A stretch of 64,000 bases of DNA from Tubiluchus corallicola (GCA_030141605.1 JAQGDQ010000235.1:124001-188000), one strand, 5' to 3'; positions 41,257-54,201 are shown, counted from the stretch's first letter. Made by a program: numbers and translations. Notes: generated by a model not told the origin, from the letters alone.

Positions 41257-44200
41257 TTACAATCCTTCAACAAAACAGAGTTTATGAATTGGACGGGTTA
41301 GAATAGAATTTTTGGTCTGTATATCTGCAGAGCGAACATTGCCATCATCTCTGCAGTGTGTTTTTATGACTCTTCCCAAGGGCCAGTGATTCCTTGGTAC
41401 CTGATCACTGATGACAACGATGTCATTTTCTTTGAGGTTTTCCTTTTTGTGGAACCATTTTGTTCTTGCGTTAACCAAAGGCAAATACTCCTTGTACCAG
41501 CGTGACCAGAAAACGTTGGCCAAATACTGAGTTTGCTTCCATCGTCTTCTGTAATGATCAGTAGGTGAGAACTCTCCTGGAGGTAGGTTAGAATTCGAAC
41601 GAAGCAATAAAATGTGATTTGGCGTAAGAGCTTGCAAGTCACTAGGGTCATCTGATGAAATAGTCAGAGGTCTACTGTTGATGATCGATTCAACTAGGCA
41701 AAACAAAGTAGTTAATCGTTCGTCATCGATTGCTTGTAAATTACTACCTACGAGAATTCGTCTAACTGATCGAATTAAACGTTCAAAGAAGCCACCAAAA
41801 TGACTTGAAGCGGGTGGATTGTACAACCATTGGATGTCTTTTTGCCTCAACTCAATATGTACCTGTTCTTGGTTCCATTCGCTAATCGATTTTCTAAGTT
41901 CCTTGTCAGCAGAGATAAAGTTTGTACCCTGGTCACATCTGATAGTAGTGGGTGTCCTCTTCTGGTTATGAACCTATGTAGTGCTTGTATCATGGAGTCT
42001 GTATCCATCGTATATAGTACTTCAAGATGAACAGCTCTGGATGTTGCACATGCGAAGATGCAACCATATCTTTTGATTCTGGTGCGTCCTCTATTAACCC
42101 AAAAATGACCAAAACAGTCGATGCCTACAGTTTCAAATGCATAAGAGCTGCCAACTCTATCAGGGGTAAGTCGGCCTATTTTTTCCCCATTTGACGAGCA
42201 AATAGGCGCCGGCAGATTCTGCAGTCTCGAAGAACCTTCTTTGTCAGATTCCTGACTCCAATTATCCAGTACTTTGTCCTAGTTAAAGCAATAACATGCT
42301 CTCTACCGACATGTGCATTAGTTTCATGAAAGTCACGAACTATTAAAGTTGACAGATGAGATTCGCTTGGAAGGATGATAGGATACTTTGTTTCTTCCTC
42401 AATGGTGGCATGTTTCAGGCGTCCATATATGTGGAGTAAGCCATCTTGGAAAATCTGGGGATTCAGCTTTATCAGCTTGCTTGATTTTGTAATCTGGCTA
42501 CCAGTTTTAAGAGACTTCAGTTCTTGAGAAAAATATTCGTGTTGCACGTGCTTTATGAGTGCCTTTTCTGCATCCTGTAGCTCGTCAACAGAAATACTTG
42601 TACTATACTGACGAGAAGTATGTGGTGTTTTATTTCTCAATATCTCTTTCACTCGTAGCAACCAGGCTGCAGCTTTCTTTAACTTGTAGAGACTGCTGTA
42701 GTGATTTATCAGCTTATTCACTGGTTCGTGATTTGTTGAGACAGCTGCATACGTTAGAATCTTGGATTCCTTCTTAAGTTCTGGATCTAAACTTAAGTCT
42801 GGCACTGCTATGATCGGATGCGACCATGTGGACTTGTCGTTTCTTAAAAAGTCGTGACCATTTATCCATCTTTTATCAGAAGCGAGTTTCTTTGCTGACA
42901 TGCCTCTAGATACATCGTTAGCAGGATTGACGTCTCCAGGTACATAATTCAATGGATCTGGATCTGTCAGTCGTCGAATGGTTGCCACCCTATTGGCAAC
43001 AAATGTCTTATAACGAGTTGCCTCATTACTTATGTAGCCTAAAACTGCCATGCTGTCAACCCAAAAACACGATTTTAACAGTGGAACTGTTAGCTCTCTT
43101 CTAAGCATGAAATCCACTTTTGCTGCAAGAACAGCCGCAGCAAGTTCAAGACGGGGGATTGTCACAGTTTTTATGGGAGCTAAGCGAGATTTGCTTAAGA
43201 CCAAAGTACAATTAATATCTCTGGATGTGTTTGTGACACGCAGGTATGAGGCTGTCCCGTATGCCTTTTCTGAACTATCGGAAAAATGATGCAGCTGGTA
43301 ATTAACTACATTTCCAAAGTCTGCAGGGATGTAGCATCTTGGAACACTCAAAGTCTTAAGATAATGTAGATTCTCTAGCCAAGCTTGCCATTTGGCCTTA
43401 ATGTGGTCAGAAAGATCATCATCCCAATCTTTTTTAGACGTGTTTCTTCTTGAAACAGAAGCTTGGCATTCAAGATGCATGGGCTGGTTATACCCAATGG
43501 GTCATAGGTCGAAGCTGTGACACTCAAAAGCCTACGTCGGGTCATAGGTCTGTCCTTCTTCTTGACTTGAATATTAAAAGTATCTGATTCCAGGTCCCAC
43601 ATTATCCCAAGGACCCTGTCCACAGGAAGAGTAGCTGGATTTCTTTGACATGATTGCTGCGATCTTTGGGTGCTACAGAAGATATTACTTCCCGATTGTT
43701 GCTGGACCATTTTGTCAAGTGAAAGCCTCCTTGGCGAAGTAATTCAGAAAGGTCCTTGATCAGAGAGGTAGCATCTGCTACAGTTTGTGTGGTTGCCAGA
43801 AGATCAACAACATAAAAGTTCCTTAAAACTGTCTGAATGACTATGTCCTCATAGTCATTGCTGTTGTCTTCTGCTGTCTTCCGCAATACAAAGGATGCAA
43901 TGCTAGGGCACCACATGCCTCCAAATATGTGCACTGTCATCTGGTAGATTTGTGGTTCTAAATCCACGTTCCCATCAGGCCACCAAATAAATCGTAAAAC
44001 GTCTCTGTCATCTGGATGCACTTGAACTTGGTACAACATCTTCTCGATGTCTGCTGCAATTGCAATAGGCTTTTCACGAAACCTGACCAACACCCCAACA
44101 AGGTTGTTAGTTAGGTCAGAGCTTTGTAAAACATTTTTATTGAGAGTTGTTCCACGAAAAATAACTGCACAGTCGAACACCACTCTGGTCTTATCTGGTT

Positions 44201-46408
44201 TGCTTTCACTTTTGACAGCAAAATGTGGGATGTACCATACTTTACCGGGCACAGGCTCATGATCCTTAGGAATGAGTTCTGCATGTCCGTTTCGTAGCAA
44301 CGTTGCAATTTCATTTGCATATTTATTATGAAAAGTGCTGTCCTGCCTGAATCTTTTTGCTAAACTTTCTAATCGGGACAGAGCAATGACTTTGTTATCC
44401 CCTAGTTGAGGATTTTTGTCTCTGAACGGTATTCTTATCTGGTAATGCCCATCTGGAGTTACAACAGCTGAATTTTTCCAAATTTTAATAGCTTTCGCAT
44501 CCTCTACAGACATGCCGACAGTTTCATTTTGACATTCTTCCAACTGCCAAAATTTTTGAATCACTTCCTGCAGCCCTTCCATATGAGCATAATGACTTAA
44601 GGCAATCTTAGTTTCTCCTGAACATAGCGGACCATTCAAAGTCCATCCAAGTTTAGTACGTGTCGCCCAAGGTGCATATTTTGGACCTGTCTTAATCTCC
44701 AGTGGCATGAGTGCTTCAGGTATGTCTTGACCAATTAAAAGACCTACATCTAAGTTGCTGCAATTGCCATTTAGGCAATGGAAATCAAGCCATTGAATGT
44801 GCGGCCATTCTTTTAGATGGTCTTGCGTTGGCATATTCTCCATATCGCACATCAAGGAAGGTCTGGTGAAGACGAAGACAGATCAATAAAATCTTGATTG
44901 TCAATATGCGAGACTTTGAGCTTGACAACAGTAGTCTTATTTTCACTCATCTTCCTTTCCAGAGTTGTTAGACGTAAAACAACACTCCTTCCCTGAGCAC
45001 CTAGTCTTAGGCGCAATGACTCTGAACAAAATGTATTCGTTGAACCATTGTCCAGTAAAGCTAGAGTCCTAGTTGGTACACCGCCTGGTACCTTTACTTG
45101 GACTGGTAGTATAGGCAAAGCTGTTCTTGCATTTGGCTTTTGTTGCTTTACATATCCACTTTGAGAGTTTGGCTTTGGTGATGCATCTCTATCTTCCTTT
45201 GCGTTGTTCTCAATTCTGGGAGATTTGTTACGCTTTCCATATGCTTCTTTAATCTGTGAAACATCTCTGTTTGGTATGGCGCTTGCTGTATCTTCCCTCT
45301 TCAGGTGCAAAAAATTGGTGTGCCTTTCATGTCAAACCTCACATCTTTTCTCAGACCTGCAATTTCTGCTGATGTGGCTGTGCTTCAAGCAGTTGAAGCA
45401 AAGCTTATTTTGAGTAATAAACTCGCGACGTTCTTGAACAGATAACTTCTTGAAAGCAGGACATTTAATTAGTAGATGTTCTCCTGAGCAGGAAATGCAT
45501 TTTAAAATTTGAAACCTCTTGTCATTGCTCTTAGGATCATCTGCAGCTTGCGGTTGTTGTGTGTTTGTGTTAGCAAAGGGCTTTGTGCTTTTCTTGCTTT
45601 CTTTTCTGTCTACAGGCTTCTTGCGATATGTTGGGTCATTCTCTATTTTTGCCTGAAGTTCAATGAAACTCACAACATCTTCAATCCTGGGATCTCTGCC
45701 TGAAGTTCGTATTTTATAGACTTCCTTTCTCCATGAAGCATGAATTCCAGGCGGTAATTTGTCAACAATCTGAGATAGGTTTCATTGCGTGTTTATCTCA
45801 GATATGTGTCCAACTGCAGATAAAGCTTCTGAGCAACTTCTTAAAGTATCAGCGTAATCACGAAGCAGCTCTGGTTCGGACGCTTTTATATATTTGAAGC
45901 TTGATATTTCTTTCAACCAGGCCTACGTAATGGAGAATTCATCACCATACCTCTCCTTCAGCATTTCTTTGGCACGCATGTAACCAGTATCTGGGCGCAT
46001 ATTCATGCAACAGTCCATATATTTTCGCACCTTTTCGCTTCAAAATTGCAGGAGAAGTGAAAGTCTCGCAACACTATCTGTCGTGTTATTCTCTACAGTT
46101 GATTCAAAACGTCTAATGAATCTAGCATACTGGAGTTCTGAACCGTCAAATGTTTCGAGTTGGATGCTAGGAAATGGAAAACCGCTAAAGGCGCTATAGG
46201 TAGGCATACCTGTATTCATTGCAGGGGTATATTCAAGCTGTAGAGGTTGATTGCATGGGTTGGATGCATAGATGGTTGCTTGGTTACCTGGTTGCTTAAG
46301 GTTGCTGACACTGATTGGTTGGTTGCCAAAATGCCGATCTTGTACACGTGGCTGCTGAAAGAAATCTGTTTCGCTTTCACTAATATTAGGCTGGCTTGTG
46401 CGCAAAAG
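41257..46408 (-). pseudogene. BEL-2 gag (capsid region, Zn knuckles) and pol (PR, RT, RNase H, IN), disrupted
   Basis: PSIQLETFDGSELQY; CISCSGEH...CFNCLKHSH...C..HTNFLH; ALLDNGSTNTF (protease); RVVFDCA, DIEKM, NFYVVDLL (mutated YVDD); HHFSDSSEKAYG; PPASSHFGGFFERLI; HWPLGRV. Confidence 0.94.
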
Positions 46409-47044
46409 CACCCGCCAAATCTTCTCTGTCGCACGTAAAGGGTTGCGGGTTCGCGTCTCGCCGAGTTCACTTTTTTTCGCGCGGATTCGAGCCGAAACTG
46501 GTGGAACTTAATGCTCGGGCCTTCCTTCGTCGCGTACGCACGTTAAAAAAATCGCGCTACTTTTGTGCGAGGTGAAAAATTTTTGCCGCAGCAATGTGCG
46601 AACCCGGGGCCCCTCATTACAGCACGGGCGTGTCAGCAGACGAAGATAATTTATTGAGCATAAGCAATAGTATAAATTTTCGTACGATTAGTAGATGCAT
46701 TGAATACCTGTTTATGCGGAAATTCTCACAGTAATTCATTTTTCACAGTTTGTGCCTTGCAACTCATTCAACGTAATCAGAATGTAATGTTTTAATTCAG
46801 TTAATGTTTGTAATTTTTTGAATGCTTAATTGAACGTGCATAAACTACTTTTCACAAGTTTCTGGTGTTATTCGGCACTTTATATACTGTGTATAATTTA
46901 TTTATTCAGCAAAATCAATTCCAACATACCAAAAGAAAACAAGATTGTAAGGTTATAAGGTTTTATTTTTAAGGCTTTAAACATTTTTATAAATATACTA
47001 CTGATTTCATTATTATTTTATTTTAGTTTTAAAAACATTTATAC

Positions 47045-47257
47045 TTATACATTTTTATGTTTTAGCAAAAAAACTGCACTTCTGGTTAGAATGGAACCAC
47101 AATCACAATATAATATATATATCACAACATTACAGTCAAAATTACATGTTGAAAAGAAGAATACAGTGCAGAAAAAATACAGATATACACGTTTAAGCAA
47201 AAAAACTGCACTAACCATATAATTTAAGGAACACAGTGCAGAAAAAATACAGATATA
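47045..47257. repeat. Left stub of the ~120-bp satellite, cut off by the Gmr1-type insertion
   Basis: Same motifs as 55510-57930: agcaaaaaaactgcacttctggttagaatg and cagtgcagaaaaaatacagatata. Confidence 0.88.
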
Positions 47258-48564
47258 TGTAATGGCCCGTGCATGCAGGGGCAGACCATAGGGGCCAATT
47301 AATGGTAGTTGCTGCTAAGTTCGATCAGTTCCTTGGCCGAGCTAGGGGCACTAACCGACTGCCCACTAAAGAAACAGACAATAGCTGAGCGTAGGCAGAC
47401 TCTACGGGGGCTCTACCTAAATAGCATGGGTTCTTTTGTTGTGGGATTGATTAAAAACAGGCTTCCCATCAATACCTCAAAAACCAAACTGTAACCAGTC
47501 GAATAAATGACAAAATATTAAGTTTAATGACACAAACAAAAACAGTTGTATAATTTAGCTTTTTGTAAACAATGGAAATTAGTAATAAGCAAAAGCTAAT
47601 CTGAAAACGCTACTAAACAGCATGGCATGAAATAAATGCAATGACTAAACACACAAAAATCATACAGTGTTCCTAACTATTTAAAGGGTTCCTACTTACT
47701 CTACCAGCCACCCCAAAATGCGTACGCTAGCATAGTATATTCTCCAGACAAGTGTAGTTTGCGGTCAGAGTCCTTTAGAACGACTGAAGTATGGTTCTGA
47801 CTTCATGTAACGGGTTCACGACTCCCACAGTAACGACTCAAAAATCTGAGAGAAACGTAGCTAAATGTTTCAACGTAAGTCTAACAAAAGGGTGACGTGT
47901 GAACGGAGCTGTAGGCATACATGCGCTCGGAAATTCACATCAAAAACAAGTTCTCCCTCTGGCGCCAATTAACGATAACGTAAGTAAACAGGTACCTTTG
48001 CCTTCCGGTTTATTGGCATACAGTTCCTACCCGGGCAGTGACGACTTCTCCGTCCCATGCGACGGACTATCGAGCTGGGCACCTTTCCAACTGCACGACG
48101 GTGCTCTCACATGATCCGAAACGACATCTTCCCGGCATGGTAAGATCAGCAAAGCCAGGTAAACCAATGAGTGGACATCTTTCACCACCACAAATAGATC
48201 ATTAGCTTTTCAAACGTCAGCTAATGGACAATCAGGTAAAACGCAAAAACGCAGTTTAACCAACCAAAGTCAAGTTGCATATCCTGTCCGAGAAATCTGT
48301 GTCATGAACGTACAGAAATCCATGTGTTTGGCTTCAATCCGCTTAAATACACCAACGTACAGTTACACGTTTAACCCAACCCAGGGGGGGGCTAACATTC
48401 CCTAAACTAACAAATAGTATTACCTAGTTGATTATAACAATCTAGAAACAATTTACACTTAGTGAACATAAGTAAGGAAAAGCTGGTGTCAAAATCAGAA
48501 AATAAAGCTTAATGTTTATCTGCAAGTTAAAGTACGGCTCTATGATTTAACCTGGGTCCTTACA
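47258..48564 (-). repeat. Gmr1-type element 3' LTR
   Basis: tgtaatggcc...ggtccttaca, near-identical to 54202-55509. Confidence 0.97.
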
Positions 48565-48863
48565 ATGGCCCCCTCTCAAACGAGTGCTGAAATACCGATA
48601 TTTGGCTTGCAAAATAGTAAGGGTTTCAGCACTACAAGAAGTTTTGGGTAAAGATCAACAAATATATTTACTATAACAGAACCAAAATAAGTCGGTTTCG
48701 ACTTGTTCAATATCAAGAACAAAAAAGGGTACTCCCAAACAAAAGCTTAGGTATTTACGCAGTACTCCGCTGTGTTTCGAACATGTCAAAATATGCATGT
48801 TGTACTTGTCATGTAAAATGTTGATCGTGTTTTAGCAAAAATATATAACTGTGCCATATATGA

Positions 48864-51800
48864 TTATATGCGTGATAATGTGTCAGCAGGCACATTCTTT
48901 CTGCCAGGTAGGTGTTCCACAGTGAGAGAATAGTTTTGCAGAATGAGTGCCCACCTTGAGATTCTCCGATTGGAGTGCCTCATTTTGTGCAAATGTTGCA
49001 AAGGGGAGTGGTCACAGCGTATTATGAATTTACGCCCTTCGAGATAGTAGTTCCACTTCTCGACAGCATGGACAATACTTAAGAGCTCCAGCTCAATAGC
49101 TGAGTAGTTCTTCTCAGCAGACGTAAGCTTACGGCTGAGGTAGGTGATCGGAACTTCATTGCCTGGTTCCTGTTCCTTACTCAAGATAGCACCCAAACCC
49201 CGAATTGACGCGTCAGTAGTTACGATGAAAGGTAAACTAAAATTCGGACTATGGAGTACACTATCTGAGGTAAGAAAGTCACGCAGGGTAACAAAGCTCT
49301 GTTCATGATCAGCAGACCATGTGACTGTAGATGGTTGGGTCTTTTGAGTTAGCTCAAAGAGTGGTAGAGCAATTTGGCTAAAATGGGGGATGAATCTACG
49401 GTAAAACCCCACTAAGCCCAAGAAGGCTCTTACTTGAGTGTTCGTCTCTGGACGAGGAAAGTTTTGTATTGTCTGAATCTTTTCTGCTTGAGGACGTAAA
49501 CGATTACGCCCCACCACATAGCCTAAGAACTCTGTTTCTCGTTGGGCGAGGAAACATTTCTTTGGCTTAATAGTAAGTTGTGCTGCTCTTAAAATACAAA
49601 AGACCGTTTCAAGGTGCCGGAGGTGGTCATCCCAATTGTTCGACTTGACACATATGTCATCGGTAAAACCTCTTGCATGCTGGTTGATATCTTCTAAAAG
49701 GATGTCGATAAGTTGTTGAGATGTTTGGGCTGCATTCTGTAATCCGAAAGGCATAGCCTTGAATTCCCATTTCCCAAAGTCTGTTATGAAGGCAGAAATT
49801 GGCCTGGATTCTTGGGCGAGAGGAATTTGCCAATATGCCTTAGTCATATCAATGTGGGAAATCCATTCTGAACAGTGCAATTCATCGACCATCTCATCAA
49901 CCCTAGGCATTGCGTACTGGACAAAAAGTGTCTTGCGATTCACAGCACGATAGTCGATGCAAAAGCGAATGGTTTGGTCCTGCTTAGGTACTAAAATGGC
50001 AGGAGAAGCATAGGGTGAGTCGGATTTCTGAATTACATCGAGCTTCTCCATCTCGATAATCTCTTTTCGGACAATTTCTTTCCGAGATTGAGGGATGCGA
50101 TACGCTCGCTGATGCACTGGAGTACAATCTGAGAGAATGATATGGTGCTCTGTTACATGGGTTCGGCCTGGGATGTCTGAGAAAATGTCAGCATGCTTTT
50201 GTAGAAGCTGACTAAGTTGGCAAGATTGTTGTTTGGTTAGGTGCTCTGGTATCTCCACATCGGTGGCGAATTGAGTTTGTATCGCTGGGGGTAAGAAAGC
50301 AACTTCAGGGAGTTGAGCTGCCTGCATAGGGGTAGGAGCCAATTCTTCCTCATCATAACTTGGAGACAGGTCATCTACCCCTGGGAATGCCAGATCTGAC
50401 TGTTGGCATTTGGAAAACAGAGCTACGCTCTCTGATCGTTTCACCAAAGGCTTTAATAAGTTTATGTGAAACGTCCTTGTATGTACTTTTACACCAGGTT
50501 TGGAAATCTGAACTTTATAACTATGATCTGACAACTTGTCAACCACTTGGTAGGGGCCCTGCCAGATTCGATTTAGTTTTTTCTTGGAAGATGGTAATAA
50601 AACTAACACCTCTTGTCCGATTTCCAATGAGCGAGCAGATGATACTTTGTCGTACCATCTTTTTTGGGCTAGTTTGGCCTGGTTTAAGGCCTGGTGAGCT
50701 TCCTCAGTGGATTGCTCTAATTCATTGATGACCCTATCAACATAGTCATCAACATTGTAATATGATGGAGGGTCTGTACAACCCCATCTTCTTCGCAGGG
50801 CTGACATTGGGCCTCGAACTGGGAAGCCATATACTAGTTCGAATGGGCTATACTTTAAAGAAGCTTGGGGTATCTCTCTATAGGCAAAGAGTACAAACGG
50901 GATTAATTCATCCCATTCAAAGATACATTGAGTTTGTAGCAACTTCCTTATGGAACTCTTGAGTGAGTCATTAAATTTTTCCGTGACACCCTGTGTCATC
51001 GGATGGTAAGGTGTTGCAAACATTCCTTTAATACCTAAAGCATCTTCAAGCTTCATGATGAGAGTCGAAGTGAATTGAGCACCACGATCTGATAATATTT
51101 CTTTGGGTATGCCATGCCTACAAATAAATTGGAGGAGAGCCTGTGCAACACATTCTGCTGACTCTGATTTGAGGGGGTAGGCATCCGGATATCGGGTTGC
51201 TTGATCGACGATGACCAAAGCATACTTATGACCAGAGCGTGTTCTCGGTAAAGGGCCAATTAGGTCTATGCAGATCTGCGCAAATGGCTCCTTTACTATT
51301 GGCAAAGGCTTGAGTGGGGCTCTGTCGGCAGTCCTACGTTTAGATGCTCTTTGACAGGCTAAACATGACTTGACATATGCCTTAATGTCACTCAAGACTT
51401 TGGGCCAATAATATTGGGATAAGACCCGATCAATGGTCTTGCGCATCCCTTGATGTGCAGCTGGCAGTTTGTCATGGGCAAGCTCGAGCACTTGCTGACG
51501 ACGGACTGAGGGTACTACTAGAAGGTCAGTGTGGCCTCCTCTTGCATTACGGCGCACTGTGTGAAGTACTCCTTGCTTTAAGAAGTAGCCAACCTTTTGG
51601 GCTTTGCATTCAGCTTCTGCTTGCACATGGTCAAATAAGTTGCGCAAAGTAACATCATTTTTCTGTTCACTTATTAAGTGTTCTCTTTGCACCAATTCTG
51701 CAAGGTTCTGTTGTTTCCTAGCCTGTTTCTCATTTAAGACAGGTAGGGGTGTATCAGAACTAGCTTGGTGCTGTATTTCTGCATCATGTTTTTCTTGTTC

Positions 51801-53789
51801 AGTTAGAGCCCTTGCCTTAGCTCTCGTTACTATCGGGAATGCAACAAATTTTGTAGCGTCTGCATCAGCAACAGGCTGAGGTTCCCAACTGGGTTGAGGG
51901 GCAGACATGCTCTTTTGCTCAGTAGACTGAACTACCTGAGAGTACAACTTGGGTGTCTCCCGACCTTCACCCGAAGTCAATGGTTGGTTTCTGAGTGTGG
52001 GAGCTTTCCCAGGTTGCTTGGGTTGTTGCTTGTTTGTCCCACTAGATTTGTCTTTCTTTGACAAAAATGGAGAGATTTCAGTTTCAAAGTCATTCCCCAA
52101 CAATAGTGGAACTGGACAATCAACCGCGACTGTGACTGTCAGATAACCTGTAGCGTAAGGCGATTCTATTTCAACAATAGCAACGGGACAAGATTTGTCA
52201 CAGTTATGTATGCAAGACAGTTGGTTGGACAAACCTTTCACGTATTGTTCAGGGCGGACATGGTCTGGGTGGACAACAGACTTTGAGGCTCCAGTGTCTC
52301 GCAACCCGATGACGTCTTTTCCATTCAAGACGGCTCGAAAACATGGTTGACCAGACACACACTCTTCGGTTCCGGCTCCAGCAGTGACTAAAGCCGACAT
52401 ATCTGGAGCACAAGGGACCAAAAGTTGTTTGTATGACGGTTTGTCTCTCACACTAAGTGCTAATCTAGGCCTTTCAGTGGGAGAGGCCTTCTTTCTTGGG
52501 CAAGAGGAAGAATAATGGCCCTGCTGGCCGCAATGGTAACATTGCACTCGGGCTAGTGCGGTTCCTCCCTTGTGTGTTGCAGGTTTTACGTCAGGTTTAC
52601 GGTTTGCTGATGATGAAGAGAATTTAATAGAGGTTGCTCTGGGATTCTGAGCTGAAATATAAGCGTCAGCTTTTTGAGCAGCTTCGTCAAGTTTGTAGAT
52701 GCCATTTTTCTTCAGCCACAAAGCGACCTCTGCAGGGATTATTGTCATGAAATGCTCATAGGCTATTAAATCTACGGCCTGATCTTTACTGGTGACCGAC
52801 ATAGCATCTGCCCAGTCCCGTAGGCTCTGCCTGAGACGTACCACTGTCTGCGTACACGTCTCATCTTTGCGTTTAGAAAGGTCCCTAAACGCTATGCGGT
52901 AACTCTCAGGAGTCACCATATAAGCTGCAAGAATGGCTTCCCTGACTTTGGTATAAGAACGAATATCATCCCCTTCAATAAGTTGGAATGCATAACTAGC
53001 CTTACCCGAGAGGTGAGGGGCAAGAGAACAACACCACTGTGACCTCGGTATATCATTCACTTGGCAACAACGCTCATAATAAGTCAAGTACTCCAGGATC
53101 GACTCACCTTGACCTTCCTTAAAAGGTCGCACTTTGAGTTTAATATACTGTGTGGATTCAGTAGATGTAGAGTTTGCATTTGCGTTTGATGTATTTAATG
53201 AAAGACGTGCTCTTTGCAACTCTCTGTCATGTCTTTTGCTTTCTTGCATTGCTTCCCACTCTCTCTCCATCCTCCTTTCTTCACGCTCCCGTTGACGTTC
53301 CTTTATCTCTAATTCACGCACCTGCCATTCTCTGTCTCTCGCTAACTCTCTCTCTCTCGCTCTGGACTCCTCCAGTTGTAAAATTAATTTGACTTTATCA
53401 TCTGGGGGCAACCCCGTTAAATCATACGTGCCTGTCTCATTACTAGTAGTTATTTGTGTGCTAGGATCGCTAAGCTGTTTTGCTGGTGTTTGGTGCAAGG
53501 TAAGCTGTGGCGGACTCGAGTCGGGGGAGGGCGGCGCTAACCTCGTAGCTTGTGTTTTCTCGACTGTCTGTTGTACTGCTGACAACAGTGTAGTGACGGG
53601 CGAAACCATTACTTGTTGGGTTTCCGATGGTAGTGGGCGCTGGGCCTGAATTTCTAATATTGTGTCAATAAGAACTACCCGCCTATTAGACAAAGAGATC
53701 ATACCCAATGATCTAGCTATTTCTCGAAGCTTGGACATTGGCAATGTGTCCAACTGTTCTTTTGTATAAACATTATCCTCGTCTTCCAT
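48864..53789 (-). CDS. Gag-Pol polyprotein, 1641 aa, order Gag-PR-IN-RT-RH
   Basis: CYHCGQQGHYSSSC knuckle; LRDTGA protease; AHD..AAHQG...CLAC, IDLIGP, SDRG and TEKFN integrase; RFCIDYR, DMTKAYWQI, MPFGL and FTDD RT; TDAS, YSAIELE and CDH RNase H. Confidence 0.96.
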   Translation of the reverse strand: MEDEDNVYTKEQLDTLPMSKLREIARSLGMISLSNRRVVLIDTILEIQAQRPLPSETQQVMVSPVTTLLSAVQQTVEKTQATRLAPPSPDSSPPQLTLHQTPAKQLSDPSTQITTSNETGTYDLTGLPPDDKVKLILQLEESRARERELARDREWQVRELEIKERQREREERRMEREWEAMQESKRHDRELQRARLSLNTSNANANSTSTESTQYIKLKVRPFKEGQGESILEYLTYYERCCQVNDIPRSQWCCSLAPHLSGKASYAFQLIEGDDIRSYTKVREAILAAYMVTPESYRIAFRDLSKRKDETCTQTVVRLRQSLRDWADAMSVTSKDQAVDLIAYEHFMTIIPAEVALWLKKNGIYKLDEAAQKADAYISAQNPRATSIKFSSSSANRKPDVKPATHKGGTALARVQCYHCGQQGHYSSSCPRKKASPTERPRLALSVRDKPSYKQLLVPCAPDMSALVTAGAGTEECVSGQPCFRAVLNGKDVIGLRDTGASKSVVHPDHVRPEQYVKGLSNQLSCIHNCDKSCPVAIVEIESPYATGYLTVTVAVDCPVPLLLGNDFETEISPFLSKKDKSSGTNKQQPKQPGKAPTLRNQPLTSGEGRETPKLYSQVVQSTEQKSMSAPQPSWEPQPVADADATKFVAFPIVTRAKARALTEQEKHDAEIQHQASSDTPLPVLNEKQARKQQNLAELVQREHLISEQKNDVTLRNLFDHVQAEAECKAQKVGYFLKQGVLHTVRRNARGGHTDLLVVPSVRRQQVLELAHDKLPAAHQGMRKTIDRVLSQYYWPKVLSDIKAYVKSCLACQRASKRRTADRAPLKPLPIVKEPFAQICIDLIGPLPRTRSGHKYALVIVDQATRYPDAYPLKSESAECVAQALLQFICRHGIPKEILSDRGAQFTSTLIMKLEDALGIKGMFATPYHPMTQGVTEKFNDSLKSSIRKLLQTQCIFEWDELIPFVLFAYREIPQASLKYSPFELVYGFPVRGPMSALRRRWGCTDPPSYYNVDDYVDRVINELEQSTEEAHQALNQAKLAQKRWYDKVSSARSLEIGQEVLVLLPSSKKKLNRIWQGPYQVVDKLSDHSYKVQISKPGVKVHTRTFHINLLKPLVKRSESVALFSKCQQSDLAFPGVDDLSPSYDEEELAPTPMQAAQLPEVAFLPPAIQTQFATDVEIPEHLTKQQSCQLSQLLQKHADIFSDIPGRTHVTEHHIILSDCTPVHQRAYRIPQSRKEIVRKEIIEMEKLDVIQKSDSPYASPAILVPKQDQTIRFCIDYRAVNRKTLFVQYAMPRVDEMVDELHCSEWISHIDMTKAYWQIPLAQESRPISAFITDFGKWEFKAMPFGLQNAAQTSQQLIDILLEDINQHARGFTDDICVKSNNWDDHLRHLETVFCILRAAQLTIKPKKCFLAQRETEFLGYVVGRNRLRPQAEKIQTIQNFPRPETNTQVRAFLGLVGFYRRFIPHFSQIALPLFELTQKTQPSTVTWSADHEQSFVTLRDFLTSDSVLHSPNFSLPFIVTTDASIRGLGAILSKEQEPGNEVPITYLSRKLTSAEKNYSAIELELLSIVHAVEKWNYYLEGRKFIIRCDHSPLQHLHKMRHSNRRISRWALILQNYSLTVEHLPGRKNVPADTLSRI

Positions 53790-54181
53790 GTTTATTAATG
53801 TAGTATTATAATACTGTAAGTGTGAATAAATTTATTATTCGACTTTTGCCAAGCAGTATCAACTGTGCGAATTCTTTAAATTGTGTAATTCGCCACAGCG
53901 AATTCTGCGCAAAACTCGGCTTCAATAACTGCAACAAGATTTTGCTATGGAAGCCACGAGAACAAAGTACACTAAAGCGCAGCAAAAAATTCGTATTACT
54001 GCACAAAGTTATAACAACTAAACCTGTTATACGTTCAACGCAATGTTAGAGAAATGAAATATCAGTGACCTAGTTTCTCGCACCTACTTTCTTGTGCGAG
54101 TGCTAAATTTCTTCCCAAGGTCTTTGTATTAAACTTAAATTTTTGAAATAAACGCACAGAGTAGCAAACCTGATTAAATCA

Positions 54182-54199
54182 ATCCCACCGCTGCCACCA
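54182..54199 (-). promoter_or_regulatory. Primer binding site, tRNA-Leu
   Basis: Minus strand TGGTGGCAGCGGTGGGAT lies 2 nt from the 5' LTR and is complementary to the tRNA-Leu 3' end ATCCCACCGCTGCCACCA. Confidence 0.9.
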
Positions 54200-54201
54200 T
54201 C

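Noticed and set aside
40888-41301. Lys/His-rich ORF repeated at 61613-61843
   Set aside because: Antisense reading of the BEL-2 LTRs.
47899-48114. Identical 71-aa ORF also at 54843-55058
   Set aside because: It is duplicated only because it lies in the LTRs. It is antisense, starts at GTG and has no recognisable motif.
48565-48863. Possible env or extra ORF between pol and the 3' LTR of the Gmr1-type element
   Set aside because: Only about 300 bp with no ORF; an ordinary 3' UTR.
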